From positions 4,318 through 68,317 of the IMG/VR virus record IMGVR_UViG_3300047388_000211: a stretch of DNA of 64,000 nt. One strand, written 5' to 3'. The notes below the pieces were generated by a model. It was not told the origin of the DNA and ran no database searches. It saw nothing but the letters and a program-made list of their open reading frames with translations. The position numbers and the translations under genes were made by a program. This DNA comes from a virus. The stretch's first letter is position 1; each line of letters starts with the position of its first letter. Below are positions 46,783 to 55,485 of this stretch, piece by piece.

Positions 46783-49200
46783 CTATTTACCAACCCAACC
46801 GGTATTCGTGTTAGTACCGGATTCCTTCACGTAGAGTGTGGTCGCTGATCCACCGGATACGTTCAGGTAGATATCCCCAGGACTCCCGGTAAAGGCGCTA
46901 TTCGGGCTACCCGCGCCCGTATAGATATGGCATCCATGCGCGCCGTTCGTCGAGACCAGCAACCCCGTTGTGGCGCTCAGGGTCCGAATCACGAAATCGC
47001 CAATCTGTGAATTAGCACCAATCTCGTTAGCGGCACCCGGGAACCCAATAATATCCTGAACAACGTGGTTCGCCCGGAACTGGATCGTGACGTTTCCGGA
47101 ATCCGCCCGATCCAGGATCAGCGATGGATCGGCGAGTGGGTAATAGACTAGACCGTCATTTCCAGCAGCATCGAAAATATCTAAAGAAGGATGCCCTGTT
47201 TGACCAGCCCCGCTTTGAATTAAGAGCAGCGTGACGCCTGTCGCTGGTGTGTTATCCAGGATGTGAAGGGTGGCATTTGCCGGGACTATGAAGTTGGGGC
47301 CAATCGCCAACCGGCTATTCGGCGCATCATAAAATGTCCCGTCCAGCGATCGAAATGCCCCGGTCACCGATAGGGGACCCAGCGTACAATTATCCGCAGC
47401 ATTATTCAGCCAGTGCGGATTGGTGACGTTGTAGCCGTAGCCGTTAGCGATACTGACGTAGTTGTTCGCGATGAACTCCGCACTCCTCGTCACCACGCCG
47501 TGAAGTCCGATCGAAAACATGTCATTATTCAGGATGTCCATCTTGCCGGTCGCCGCCGCAGTCTCGATTCCGTTGCCACCCACCGATGCAATATAATTAC
47601 CGGACGCCACGATGTTCGTGGATGCGTCTTCGATGAAGATTCCATCCCGGTCGGTATTCTGTATCGTGTTGTTCGCAATCATTAACCGCAGCGATCCAGC
47701 GACACCGGCAATATCAATACCGTCACCCCGAGAGCTGGGATGGACTGTAATTTGCCGGATGAGATTGTCGCTGATATGGACATCGGTTGAGTCGTAAACA
47801 CGGATACCACCGCCGCCCACCGTATCGACAAGGTTGCCTGCGATGAGAACCACATCGCCAAAAATGACTTGGATTCCTTGCGGATTGGTCGCTGTCGAGA
47901 CGAGACCCGTGTTGTAAACCGTATTTCCAATAATTTGCACGCGCCCGATATGACCATTCGGGTCTGACCCATTGATCGCAATGCCGCCGCCGCCACAGTT
48001 GGAGATGTTGTTGTTGGCGTAAATGGCATCGGTCGTTGCGCCATTCGCGCCTTGAAGGCTAAATGCGGGATATCCAATGGCGAGGCCAATATTACGGACG
48101 GTGTTATTGGCCACAAGGATACGATTGGGTCCACCTTCCGTTGGTTTGCAGGCGGTGCGGTCGACTGTATCGATCAGGTTGCTGGTGATCACGATGTCGG
48201 ATGCATCGATGATCATCCCATTGCCGTAGGCCATCCCCACGGTGTTGCCGTAATGGATGTTCTTGATAACGTTGTGGCTGACCAAAACATATTCCGTGGT
48301 CTGCCCGCTGCCGCCATTCGTGAAGATCGGGTCCATGTAGCAATCGACAAAGGTATTGCCTTCGATGTAGACCCGCCCGCAATTGTTGAAATTGACGGAA
48401 GAGGTCGAGACATTCACGAACCGGTTATCGAGGATATGGACATCGGTCGCGCCTTCGATATCGATGGGCGTGTAATAGATCCGGGGCGCTCCCGAGTTCC
48501 AGGAGCCGCCGACATCCGGCTGAGTCGCAACGCTGGACTTATTGCCATCGAAGACGCAGCCGGTCACCGTGATGAATGTTCCTGTTAGCCGGAACATCTG
48601 AATTCCGATGGCCTGCCCATTCGGGAAAGTGAACGTGGTGCCACTACCAATGATGGATGCGTTGTTCCCGGAGATCGTCGTTAGCGCCGAGACACTGACC
48701 GTGGATGCGCCAAAGAGCAGGGTTACATTGGGCTTGGAGATGACAATCGGGGCCGAGATCGCTTGAAAACCGGTACACTCCCGGCAGTCAATAATACCTC
48801 CTGTTGCCGGAAGTGCCGCATATGCCGCCAGGATTTCCGCGCCCAGTGTTGTGCTGGGGCCACACTTGGTTTTTGTCGAACCGGACGCGAGGGGGTCAAA
48901 TGCCTGAACATCGCCGATCGTGAATGGAGCGGATAGGCTGCCCCCAGAGAATTGAATGTCGTACCGCCCATCGGAGGCGTAGAAGAACCATGTGCCGTCC
49001 GCACCTGCGGTGAAAGGATTGGCTTTAGCGGTGCCCGTGTTATCGGCGTAGATCGTGGCGAGAGTGACGGAGTTGGCGATATATACCGTAATCGTGGCGG
49101 ACGGAAACGATCCCTGCACTTTGCGAGAGATCGTTCCCGCTGCGCCAGTGATAGCGAGAACCGTGTTTCCAGCTTCGACCCAGCCTTGAATGCGCTGCAT
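46783..49200 (-). CDS. Tailspike with right-handed beta-helix (depolymerase-like)
   Basis: N-terminal LATIYAD..ANPFTA..DG.W.FY anchor; IxNNxI repeats; C-terminal GSPGDIYL..LYVKESG. Confidence 0.8.
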   Translation of the reverse strand: MQRIQGWVEAGNTVLAITGAAGTISRKVQGSFPSATITVYIANSVTLATIYADNTGTAKANPFTAGADGTWFFYASDGRYDIQFSGGSLSAPFTIGDVQAFDPLASGSTKTKCGPSTTLGAEILAAYAALPATGGIIDCRECTGFQAISAPIVISKPNVTLLFGASTVSVSALTTISGNNASIIGSGTTFTFPNGQAIGIQMFRLTGTFITVTGCVFDGNKSSVATQPDVGGSWNSGAPRIYYTPIDIEGATDVHILDNRFVNVSTSSVNFNNCGRVYIEGNTFVDCYMDPIFTNGGSGQTTEYVLVSHNVIKNIHYGNTVGMAYGNGMIIDASDIVITSNLIDTVDRTACKPTEGGPNRILVANNTVRNIGLAIGYPAFSLQGANGATTDAIYANNNISNCGGGGIAINGSDPNGHIGRVQIIGNTVYNTGLVSTATNPQGIQVIFGDVVLIAGNLVDTVGGGGIRVYDSTDVHISDNLIRQITVHPSSRGDGIDIAGVAGSLRLMIANNTIQNTDRDGIFIEDASTNIVASGNYIASVGGNGIETAAATGKMDILNNDMFSIGLHGVVTRSAEFIANNYVSIANGYGYNVTNPHWLNNAADNCTLGPLSVTGAFRSLDGTFYDAPNSRLAIGPNFIVPANATLHILDNTPATGVTLLLIQSGAGQTGHPSLDIFDAAGNDGLVYYPLADPSLILDRADSGNVTIQFRANHVVQDIIGFPGAANEIGANSQIGDFVIRTLSATTGLLVSTNGAHGCHIYTGAGSPNSAFTGSPGDIYLNVSGGSATTLYVKESGTNTNTGWVGK

Positions 49201-49403
49201 TAGAACTGGTCGGGCTCTCCGCCTGGATTCGGCATCGACTTCTCGTAGAACTTTTCCGGCTGACTGTTTGGACCTTTCGTGCGACGGAACGTGTTGAATA
49301 TCGGGCAGTAGTCCTCATCATATTTCCCGGCGCTACCGTCGGGGACATTACCATTCTTCTGGAACCAGTCACCTGTCATTGGACTATCAACAAAATCACC
49401 CAT
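49200..49403 (-). CDS. Hypothetical protein
   Basis: AAGGAG RBS, 67 aa. Confidence 0.6.
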   Translation of the reverse strand: MGDFVDSPMTGDWFQKNGNVPDGSAGKYDEDYCPIFNTFRRTKGPNSQPEKFYEKSMPNPGGEPDQF

Positions 49404-49433
49404 AGTGGTCTCCTTTCCGGTGAGTGTACCGGA

Positions 49434-50666
49434 CTAAATCGCGTGGGACTGCAAGAATCGCATATCCCCAAGAGGCGTTGCCCAGGCCCAGGACATTGCG
49501 GGGTAGGCATAGCTCAAGTTCTGCATGAACACTTCGTCATCCTGGCGCTCCATATCCTGAAGATTCTTCGCGTTGAACTTGGCATAACGCTCGGCGTTCA
49601 TCATGCTGTAGTAGACATTCGGCTTATCCGCCGATGGCCCCGGGTAACTACATACTTCTTCCATGGCCATATCCACCAGCACGTCCCCACGGATATAGCG
49701 CGGCAGTACGGCTCCGGGATCATTCAGGTCGATAGGCCGGGACTCGTAGAGGAACGGATAGACGTGGTTCGCCTGCTGATGGGGCCAGAGTTCATACCGG
49801 GGCAAGCCCGCATTCGAGATCGCGGTGGCCGAGATCGTGAAGATGTCTCCAGAAGTATAGGTACCGCCCAAAGGGAACGCGATATTGATCCCGTCCGCCA
49901 GACTCTGGGCCGCCCCTCCGGGGTCGGTCGTCACATTCGTGGTATAGGCCCCATTGTCCTTCGACCACTTATAGATCGCGGTACCGGCTGCGCCGCCATT
50001 CGTCATCTGGATGGTGTAGATGGCGCTGACCGGAGCGGTGAAGACGCCGGTGGTGGCTGGGATACTACCTGTCCCGTTGACCTGGACCGGCTGGCCTACA
50101 ATCCCCACCTGGGAGGTGGTGTAGTCCCGGAAGGACACCACATAGGCATTCCCGATATTGGCCCGCTGGGCATCCCAGATATTGATCTCCGACTGAGACA
50201 CGTCCAGATAAAGCTGCCAGTTGAAAGAGGGGTCCCAGAGACAGATGAACTGATGGAAGTCCTGGGGAGGCGTATAGAACGCCTGATAAATCTGATAATG
50301 CTGAAGCGTGCCATTGATTCCGCCCCATGGGGAATCCAGCTCCAGCTGGGTCGTGGAGTCCACAATCGCCACCGTATAGATGGGATTGGTCAGGCCGAGG
50401 CGGAGCTGCTGACCGACCAGAGCATTGTTCCAGGCCGTACCCACACCAGTGACAATGGTGGAGTTCTGGGTAACCGTAATGGTTCCGGCTGTGGTGGGGA
50501 CGGGAGCGATGAACTGACCGAACTTCACCAGCCAGGACCAGCGCCGTGCTTCCGCCAAACGACGGAACGCATTGACCACCATGTCCTGGGCCAGCTTCGG
50601 TCCTAAGGCAGGACAGCGGAGCATAACCCTATTCCAACACTCTTGATAAGTGTCTGCCGTTGCCAC
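49434..50666 (-). CDS. Head-tail connector/adaptor-like protein
   Basis: VNAFRRL...WSWL; GTITVTQNSTIVTGVGTAW; ELWP. Confidence 0.6.
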   Translation of the reverse strand: MATADTYQECWNRVMLRCPALGPKLAQDMVVNAFRRLAEARRWSWLVKFGQFIAPVPTTAGTITVTQNSTIVTGVGTAWNNALVGQQLRLGLTNPIYTVAIVDSTTQLELDSPWGGINGTLQHYQIYQAFYTPPQDFHQFICLWDPSFNWQLYLDVSQSEINIWDAQRANIGNAYVVSFRDYTTSQVGIVGQPVQVNGTGSIPATTGVFTAPVSAIYTIQMTNGGAAGTAIYKWSKDNGAYTTNVTTDPGGAAQSLADGINIAFPLGGTYTSGDIFTISATAISNAGLPRYELWPHQQANHVYPFLYESRPIDLNDPGAVLPRYIRGDVLVDMAMEEVCSYPGPSADKPNVYYSMMNAERYAKFNAKNLQDMERQDDEVFMQNLSYAYPAMSWAWATPLGDMRFLQSHAI

Positions 50667-50682
50667 TCCGCTGTCCTCTCTC

Positions 50683-50931
50683 TTACAGCCCGGTCACGCA
50701 CCCCTGAAACGTCAATCCTGCCGCCGAAGTCAGCGTGATGACATTTCCAGAAACCGTAAAGCCGTAGGCTGTGTTGGTTGTCGGCGTCAGATCGATGGTC
50801 CGAACCACTTTGATCCCGGCCACCGTTAAGGTATCGCCATTATTGGCAAAGACAACCGAGCTATACGCGACCTCGCGCGTATGCCCGGTCACATTGCGCC
50901 GTCCTTGGTAGACAACGGTTGCCGCTGCCAT
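50683..50931 (-). CDS. Small beta-rich virion protein
   Basis: GGAGGT RBS; MAAATVVYQG... Confidence 0.6.
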   Translation of the reverse strand: MAAATVVYQGRRNVTGHTREVAYSSVVFANNGDTLTVAGIKVVRTIDLTPTTNTAYGFTVSGNVITLTSAAGLTFQGCVTGL

Positions 50932-51539
50932 TACTGCACCTCCGGAATATCGACGTCCACTGGGGTGACGTTCGATACCGCAGGGCCAGCGGCGACACCG
51001 AGAACCTTGCACGTGATGGCCGTCCCCGGGTTGATCGCAACGCCCTGAGCTGCCGTTGTCGACGTATCGCCCACGATGGTCTCACCACCGGTCACGGTTC
51101 CCGTGGTCTTCACCGAGATGGAGCGCCCGCGCTGCAGGATGTCGCAGTAGTTACCTGCGGTTACTGCGCTGCGGAAGACTCCAGCGATGAAATTGCGGAA
51201 GCCGCTATTGAGCATCGCCTGACCTTGCATACCTGCAGCACCGGCCTGAGCCGCGTCATTGGTGACGAGGTACTTGGACTTGTCTTTCCAGTAAGCGATC
51301 TGATTGGCAGCCACAACACCGGAAAGACTTCCGGCGACGGCAGCGGAGTCCAATTGAACGCGCTGATAGGCCCGATCCGGAGGGGACGCTTCAAAGCGAA
51401 TACCGAGAGACCCGGGCTGTCCACCCATGCTGACGGCGGTGAGCGATGTCCCGAAGTCGGCGGCGGAGATGTTGGTCGTGTCCGGATTCCCAGTCGGGAG
51501 CCAGATCGTACCGGCAGACTGTCGATTGGCATCAGCCAT
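50931..51539 (-). CDS. Capsid decoration/cement protein
   Basis: Directly after the MCP; GGAGGA RBS; AGNYCDILQRG. Confidence 0.6.
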   Translation of the reverse strand: MADANRQSAGTIWLPTGNPDTTNISAADFGTSLTAVSMGGQPGSLGIRFEASPPDRAYQRVQLDSAAVAGSLSGVVAANQIAYWKDKSKYLVTNDAAQAGAAGMQGQAMLNSGFRNFIAGVFRSAVTAGNYCDILQRGRSISVKTTGTVTGGETIVGDTSTTAAQGVAINPGTAITCKVLGVAAGPAVSNVTPVDVDIPEVQ

Positions 51540-51550
51540 ATGTTCCTCCC

Positions 51551-52624
51551 TTAACCAGTGATTCCGTACAGTTGCTTGTGGTAGCGTGGAGCAAAGGTCC
51601 ACTGGTAAGCCAGTAGCACTTGTCCGGCAACCTTCGTGTTGCCCTGCGCCGGTTTAAATCCTGTGAAGCCCAGCTGGTATTCCGGGTCATCCGAGATATA
51701 AAAGTTGAAGTAGGGTTTCCGTACATTCAACATCCAGAGCGACTCTGCGGTCACCGTGGGGTACGCGGTTAGCGCACCGCCCGACATGAACTTGAAGAAG
51801 TTCACGGCGTTCGGATCGCCAGAGCCGGAGATGTAAGTCCCTGGCGCATAACGATCGCGCAGGATGATGGCATCATTGAACTTCATCCCGTTGAATCCAA
51901 TCTTCGGATCTTGCGTGTCGTTGAAGCGTTGCTGGGTCTGGAACTTCTCTTTGATGTAGGAGTAGCCCAGATAGGTGGTCACGAGGTGGGTGGGTTCCTT
52001 CATGGGTCCAAAGGAACAGGCCCCGTAGTTCTCTTCGAGCGTGGGGTACTCAATGGTACCGTTCACGTTGACGGGAACCGAGTTCAGGACCGATCCGACC
52101 GCACCGCCACGGGTGATGGTGCCGTAGGTCGAATAGGTGGAGCCGTCCCAGCTGGCGACGGAGTTGTCGTTGAGAGCCTCGGCCAAGCCATTGATATTCT
52201 TGATATAGTTGGCTTGCTGGCCATTCAGATATCCCGCGATATCGATGAAGGCTCCCTGGGTCATGTAAGCGGCTGTCGTTCGAGACTGGATCAGCTTGAA
52301 CGCAGCGTTGTCACCCTTGTTGATGACCTGAATGTCTTCCTTCGTCAACGTCACGTTCACTTCACTGAACTTGATGTTGAACTGAAGCTGTTGTTCGATC
52401 TGCGGTTCCGAGATATCGAAGTCCTGACCTTTTGCGTAAGGACCACCGATCAAGCCTGCGTAATAGAAGTTTTCTCCAATGAACCGACCGCCATCGAAAT
52501 CCTCACGAACCGTTTGTTTCGCAAGGGCAGCGAGGGCCGCTTCCTGGAAAACCATATCAACAAGCTTTGGCGTCTCTCGGATATACCGCTTGGTTGCGGC
52601 GTCGATCGCGGATAGTTCAGCCAA
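51551..52624 (-). CDS. Major capsid protein
   Basis: 357 aa after the scaffold; INGLAEA, YGTITR, QRF..GF.GMKF, typical HK97-fold coat pattern. Confidence 0.8.
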   Translation of the reverse strand: MAELSAIDAATKRYIRETPKLVDMVFQEAALAALAKQTVREDFDGGRFIGENFYYAGLIGGPYAKGQDFDISEPQIEQQLQFNIKFSEVNVTLTKEDIQVINKGDNAAFKLIQSRTTAAYMTQGAFIDIAGYLNGQQANYIKNINGLAEALNDNSVASWDGSTYSTYGTITRGGAVGSVLNSVPVNVNGTIEYPTLEENYGACSFGPMKEPTHLVTTYLGYSYIKEKFQTQQRFNDTQDPKIGFNGMKFNDAIILRDRYAPGTYISGSGDPNAVNFFKFMSGGALTAYPTVTAESLWMLNVRKPYFNFYISDDPEYQLGFTGFKPAQGNTKVAGQVLLAYQWTFAPRYHKQLYGITG

Positions 52625-52655
52625 TGGTTTTCTCCTACGCCGCTACGCGGCGTGA

Positions 52656-53438
52656 TTACGTTTTTTCCGTCAGTCCAGCGAAGAACGCTTCACGGGAGTG
52701 TTGCTCCTGCTCGCGGTCTCCCAGCTTCGCCACTTCTTCCTTGCGGTCGAAGAACGGCGAGAACTGCTTGGCCTGATGGTCGGTTGGTATCTGCTTGCGG
52801 GAGAAACCGTCTCGTATCCCCTCCTGGTATTTCTGTTCCAGGCGGGTATTGAATTCCGTTTCACGCTGCTTTTCCACTTCAGGGGCAATCCACTTCTCGT
52901 AGGCATTAAAGAGATCGCCACCCCATTCGGGATGCTCTTTCCATGTCTTCTCGAATACGACTCGGTCCATGGGCTTATTAAAACGCTTCATGTGATCGAA
53001 ATCCGCATCGCGGAAGGAGAGATAGGCTTGGTCCCGTCGGCTCAACACCGACTCCAGGGAGGCCTGAAGTTTGGCTTCTACCAACTTATCAATGTCTGCT
53101 TGCGTCATCTGTGTGCCCTCACGTGTGACCGTTGTATTCGGATTGGCCTTTCGGAGCTGATCCAGCTCTGCCAGACTATTGATATAGTCTTGGTATTTGA
53201 GCTGCTCCTTGTCGTACCATTCCTTATATTCCGCATCCTTCTTCGCCTCTGCCTTGGTCCGCACATCATCCAGATCGTGCGAATAGTCCGGCAACGGTTT
53301 AAAGTTTTCCGTGAAAGCCTTCTGCGCTTTCTCGTCATCAAATACCGCAAGCACCTGCTTCAGGACGTCGTCCCCCAGCCCAGCTTTCGCGAAAATGTCA
53401 CGAGTGTACGCTTTGATATCATTCACCTTTGGCATCAT
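52656..53438 (-). CDS. Capsid scaffolding protein
   Basis: Charged coiled coil directly upstream of the MCP. Confidence 0.65.
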   Translation of the reverse strand: MMPKVNDIKAYTRDIFAKAGLGDDVLKQVLAVFDDEKAQKAFTENFKPLPDYSHDLDDVRTKAEAKKDAEYKEWYDKEQLKYQDYINSLAELDQLRKANPNTTVTREGTQMTQADIDKLVEAKLQASLESVLSRRDQAYLSFRDADFDHMKRFNKPMDRVVFEKTWKEHPEWGGDLFNAYEKWIAPEVEKQRETEFNTRLEQKYQEGIRDGFSRKQIPTDHQAKQFSPFFDRKEEVAKLGDREQEQHSREAFFAGLTEKT

Positions 53439-53518
53439 CTACTCCCAGACACCTGCGTTTGTTACGGTTTCGGGCTATCGCCCTCACGCTTCGCTCGCCC
53501 AGTGCCCTAATCGACGAT

Positions 53519-53908
53519 CTATTGCATTCCTCCCTGGACTGGAGGCGCGGTCGGGGCAGCACCGGCTTGCGGAGCGCCCATTCCCGAACCACCCGAACCT
53601 GGGGGATTTCCAGCAACCACATCCGCCACCATCTGCGGCACCACCTGCTCAAAGCCACCCATGATTTGCTGGATACCCTGAGCCAGCGGAGGCAGGAGTG
53701 CGGATAGTTTCATCAGATCACGCCGGAGATCGCCCATCGTTGCCATGATCTGGACAGCGGGGTTCGACATATCGACACCTGTGGAGCCCTGGCCCCCATC
53801 CGCCATCGCCATCAGGCTTTTACCCTGACGGGGAGGCTGTGGGGGCGCAGAGTCCAGTTGGCGTCGGTTCCCACCACTGCGATCGGTATCGACTACGATA
53901 TCCGGCAT
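53519..53908 (-). CDS. Pro/Gly/Gln-rich hypothetical protein
   Basis: Upstream of the scaffold. Confidence 0.6.
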   Translation of the reverse strand: MPDIVVDTDRSGGNRRQLDSAPPQPPRQGKSLMAMADGGQGSTGVDMSNPAVQIMATMGDLRRDLMKLSALLPPLAQGIQQIMGGFEQVVPQMVADVVAGNPPGSGGSGMGAPQAGAAPTAPPVQGGMQ

Positions 53909-53922
53909 GATCACCCTTTCGC

Positions 53923-53982
53923 CCCAAAGAAAAAGCCTCGATCCCTCTCGCGCGAGATCGAGGCTTTTCTAACTTCTTTGGG
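53923..53982 (-). terminator. Long hairpin (terminator or processing site) upstream of the scaffold/capsid genes
   Basis: AAAAGCCTCGATC/GATCGAGGCTTTT extended by CCCAAAGA/TCTTTGGG. Confidence 0.65.
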
Positions 53983-54014
53983 TGAGCCCCAGACTGGCCG
54001 GTCCGGGGATTCTA

Positions 54015-54152
54015 TTAATATTTCTTGGACTTGCCTCCGAACTTGACACCCTTGGTGGGTGCATTCATCGGGGTGGTGACAAAGCCACCTTGCTTGCCGC
54101 CCCCGAGAGAGCCGTTCTTGGCCATAATCCCGCTGTTACCTTTCTTTGCCAT
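54015..54152 (-). CDS. 45-aa basic Gly-rich peptide
   Basis: AAGGAG RBS; MAKKGNSGIMAKNGSLGGGKQ... Confidence 0.55.
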   Translation of the reverse strand: MAKKGNSGIMAKNGSLGGGKQGGFVTTPMNAPTKGVKFGGKSKKY

Positions 54153-54161
54153 AAAATCTCC

Positions 54162-54329
54162 TTATCGTTTCTTGCGATTCTTGGCGAGCCCAGCTTCCGA
54201 GAGACTGATGGCAATCGCCTGTTTGCGGTCTTTGACCAGGGGACCACGGGCAGATCCCGAATGCAGCGTCCCGGCCTTAAATTTTTCCATCTCCTGTTTG
54301 ACTCCGGCTTGTCCTTTAGCAACAGGCAT
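54162..54329 (-). CDS. DUF6496-like small basic protein
   Basis: MEKFKAGTLHSG...VKDRKQAIAISLSEAG; not in the ORF track. Confidence 0.75.
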   Translation of the reverse strand: MPVAKGQAGVKQEMEKFKAGTLHSGSARGPLVKDRKQAIAISLSEAGLAKNRKKR

Positions 54330-54532
54330 TAACGCTTACCCTTCGCCATGCTACTGGATTTCGTGAACTTGTACTGACTGGATTTCTGTAAGGGCGATGC
54401 CAGTGGGGCTGCGGAGGAGTTGATGGGCTTAACCATGGATTGCTTTTTCATAGCTGTTTTGTCGTAGCCGATGGTCCCCTTCGCCTCCATGCGCTTTCGG
54501 GCATCGTCCAGGTAATTGGGGCTATCGGCCAT
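54329..54532 (-). CDS. Basic hypothetical protein
   Basis: ARKRMEAKGT. Confidence 0.55.
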   Translation of the reverse strand: MADSPNYLDDARKRMEAKGTIGYDKTAMKKQSMVKPINSSAAPLASPLQKSSQYKFTKSSSMAKGKR

Positions 54533-54558
54533 ATCTAGATCACATCATACAGGCAATG

Positions 54559-54879
54559 TCAACGAATGGCGTAAGTAATGCTGACGCCGTCGCCCGATGT
54601 TCCAACATCGATGAACAGATCCTGGAGATCCCCATAAGTCACCGCCGAAATGGACGGGATTAAAAGGGTTGTCCCTTTAGCGATCTTGGTGCCGACGGTG
54701 GTTGAACTCTTAACCAGAGACGTCGACTTCGACGTCGGGTTCACGCCACCAATATAGATATCCGAGGTATTCCCATTCAAGGCCGTGATCAGGCACCAGT
54801 TAAAGGGCGTACGGGCGGACGCTAAGGGGACCGGCGTTCCCGCTGTGGTCGAAGTCACATTCGCAATGGTGTAGATCAT
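54559..54879 (-). CDS. Small Ser/Thr-rich beta protein (paralog of 55142..55483)
   Basis: AGTPVPL...NTSDIYIG...DL..LFID...GDGV. Confidence 0.65.
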   Translation of the reverse strand: MIYTIANVTSTTAGTPVPLASARTPFNWCLITALNGNTSDIYIGGVNPTSKSTSLVKSSTTVGTKIAKGTTLLIPSISAVTYGDLQDLFIDVGTSGDGVSITYAIR

Positions 54880-55145
54880 CTAAAGAAGCTCCTGGCCCAG
54901 TTCATGAGCCGAGTATACCAAGGAGTGGAAATGTGCTCCCGGATCTCGATCAGCAATCGATTGTTGGCCCGAACCATATTTGAAATCGCGAGAATCTCAT
55001 AGCCCATACCCTCGATTAACTCCCGCGCAGGATAAGGCTCCGGCTGTTTCGCCGGAGGCGGATATATCACCTCATCCTTAATTTGAAGCCATGGATCTCC
55101 AATTTGGATATGGTCCGTCATGGTCACCAATGGAATCTTATTCAT
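54876..55145 (-). CDS. Hypothetical protein
   Basis: Coupled ORF ending PWYTRL. Confidence 0.55.
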   Translation of the reverse strand: MNKIPLVTMTDHIQIGDPWLQIKDEVIYPPPAKQPEPYPARELIEGMGYEILAISNMVRANNRLLIEIREHISTPWYTRLMNWARSFFR

Positions 55146-55483
55146 ACCAGATATGAGACGATTACGCCTTCTCCAGTATTGGTGGCATCGACCCAGAAAT
55201 TTTGCATATCCACTGCCCCGGGCGATGTCGGGTTGCCTCCTGTCGCCGATGGGGGCGTGGCTACGGTGGTTGCTGGAGCGCCAAGAATCGCCAGGACCGT
55301 CCCCGATGGATTCACATTGGAGGCATTGGCCCGGACGGTATTATCAGACCCAATGACCACCCGGGCTGTATTATTCGGGAGGGCCTGAAATAGAGCCGCC
55401 TGGGCTGCCAGATGACTCGCCTGAACCTGGACCGGTGTCCCTGGTGTGGCTACGGTGACGATTGCTAAGAAACGCCACGACAT
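55142..55483 (-). CDS. Small Thr-rich beta protein
   Basis: PGTPVQV...NTARVVIG...DMQNFWVD...GEGV. Confidence 0.65.
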   Translation of the reverse strand: MSWRFLAIVTVATPGTPVQVQASHLAAQAALFQALPNNTARVVIGSDNTVRANASNVNPSGTVLAILGAPATTVATPPSATGGNPTSPGAVDMQNFWVDATNTGEGVIVSYLV

Positions 55484-55485
55484 AT

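Noticed and set aside
53465-53495. Hammerhead from GGGC-GATA-GCCC-GAAA (minus strand)
   Set aside because: Upstream core is AGCGTGA, not CTGANGA
49443-53510. Long plus-strand ORFs (387, 234 and 270 aa)
   Set aside because: Antisense to adaptor, capsid and scaffold genes; expected from GC codon bias; no motifs
54533-54562. TTGACA promoter on the minus strand
   Set aside because: The nearest TATGAT is only 7 nt away; no -10 at 16-18 nt
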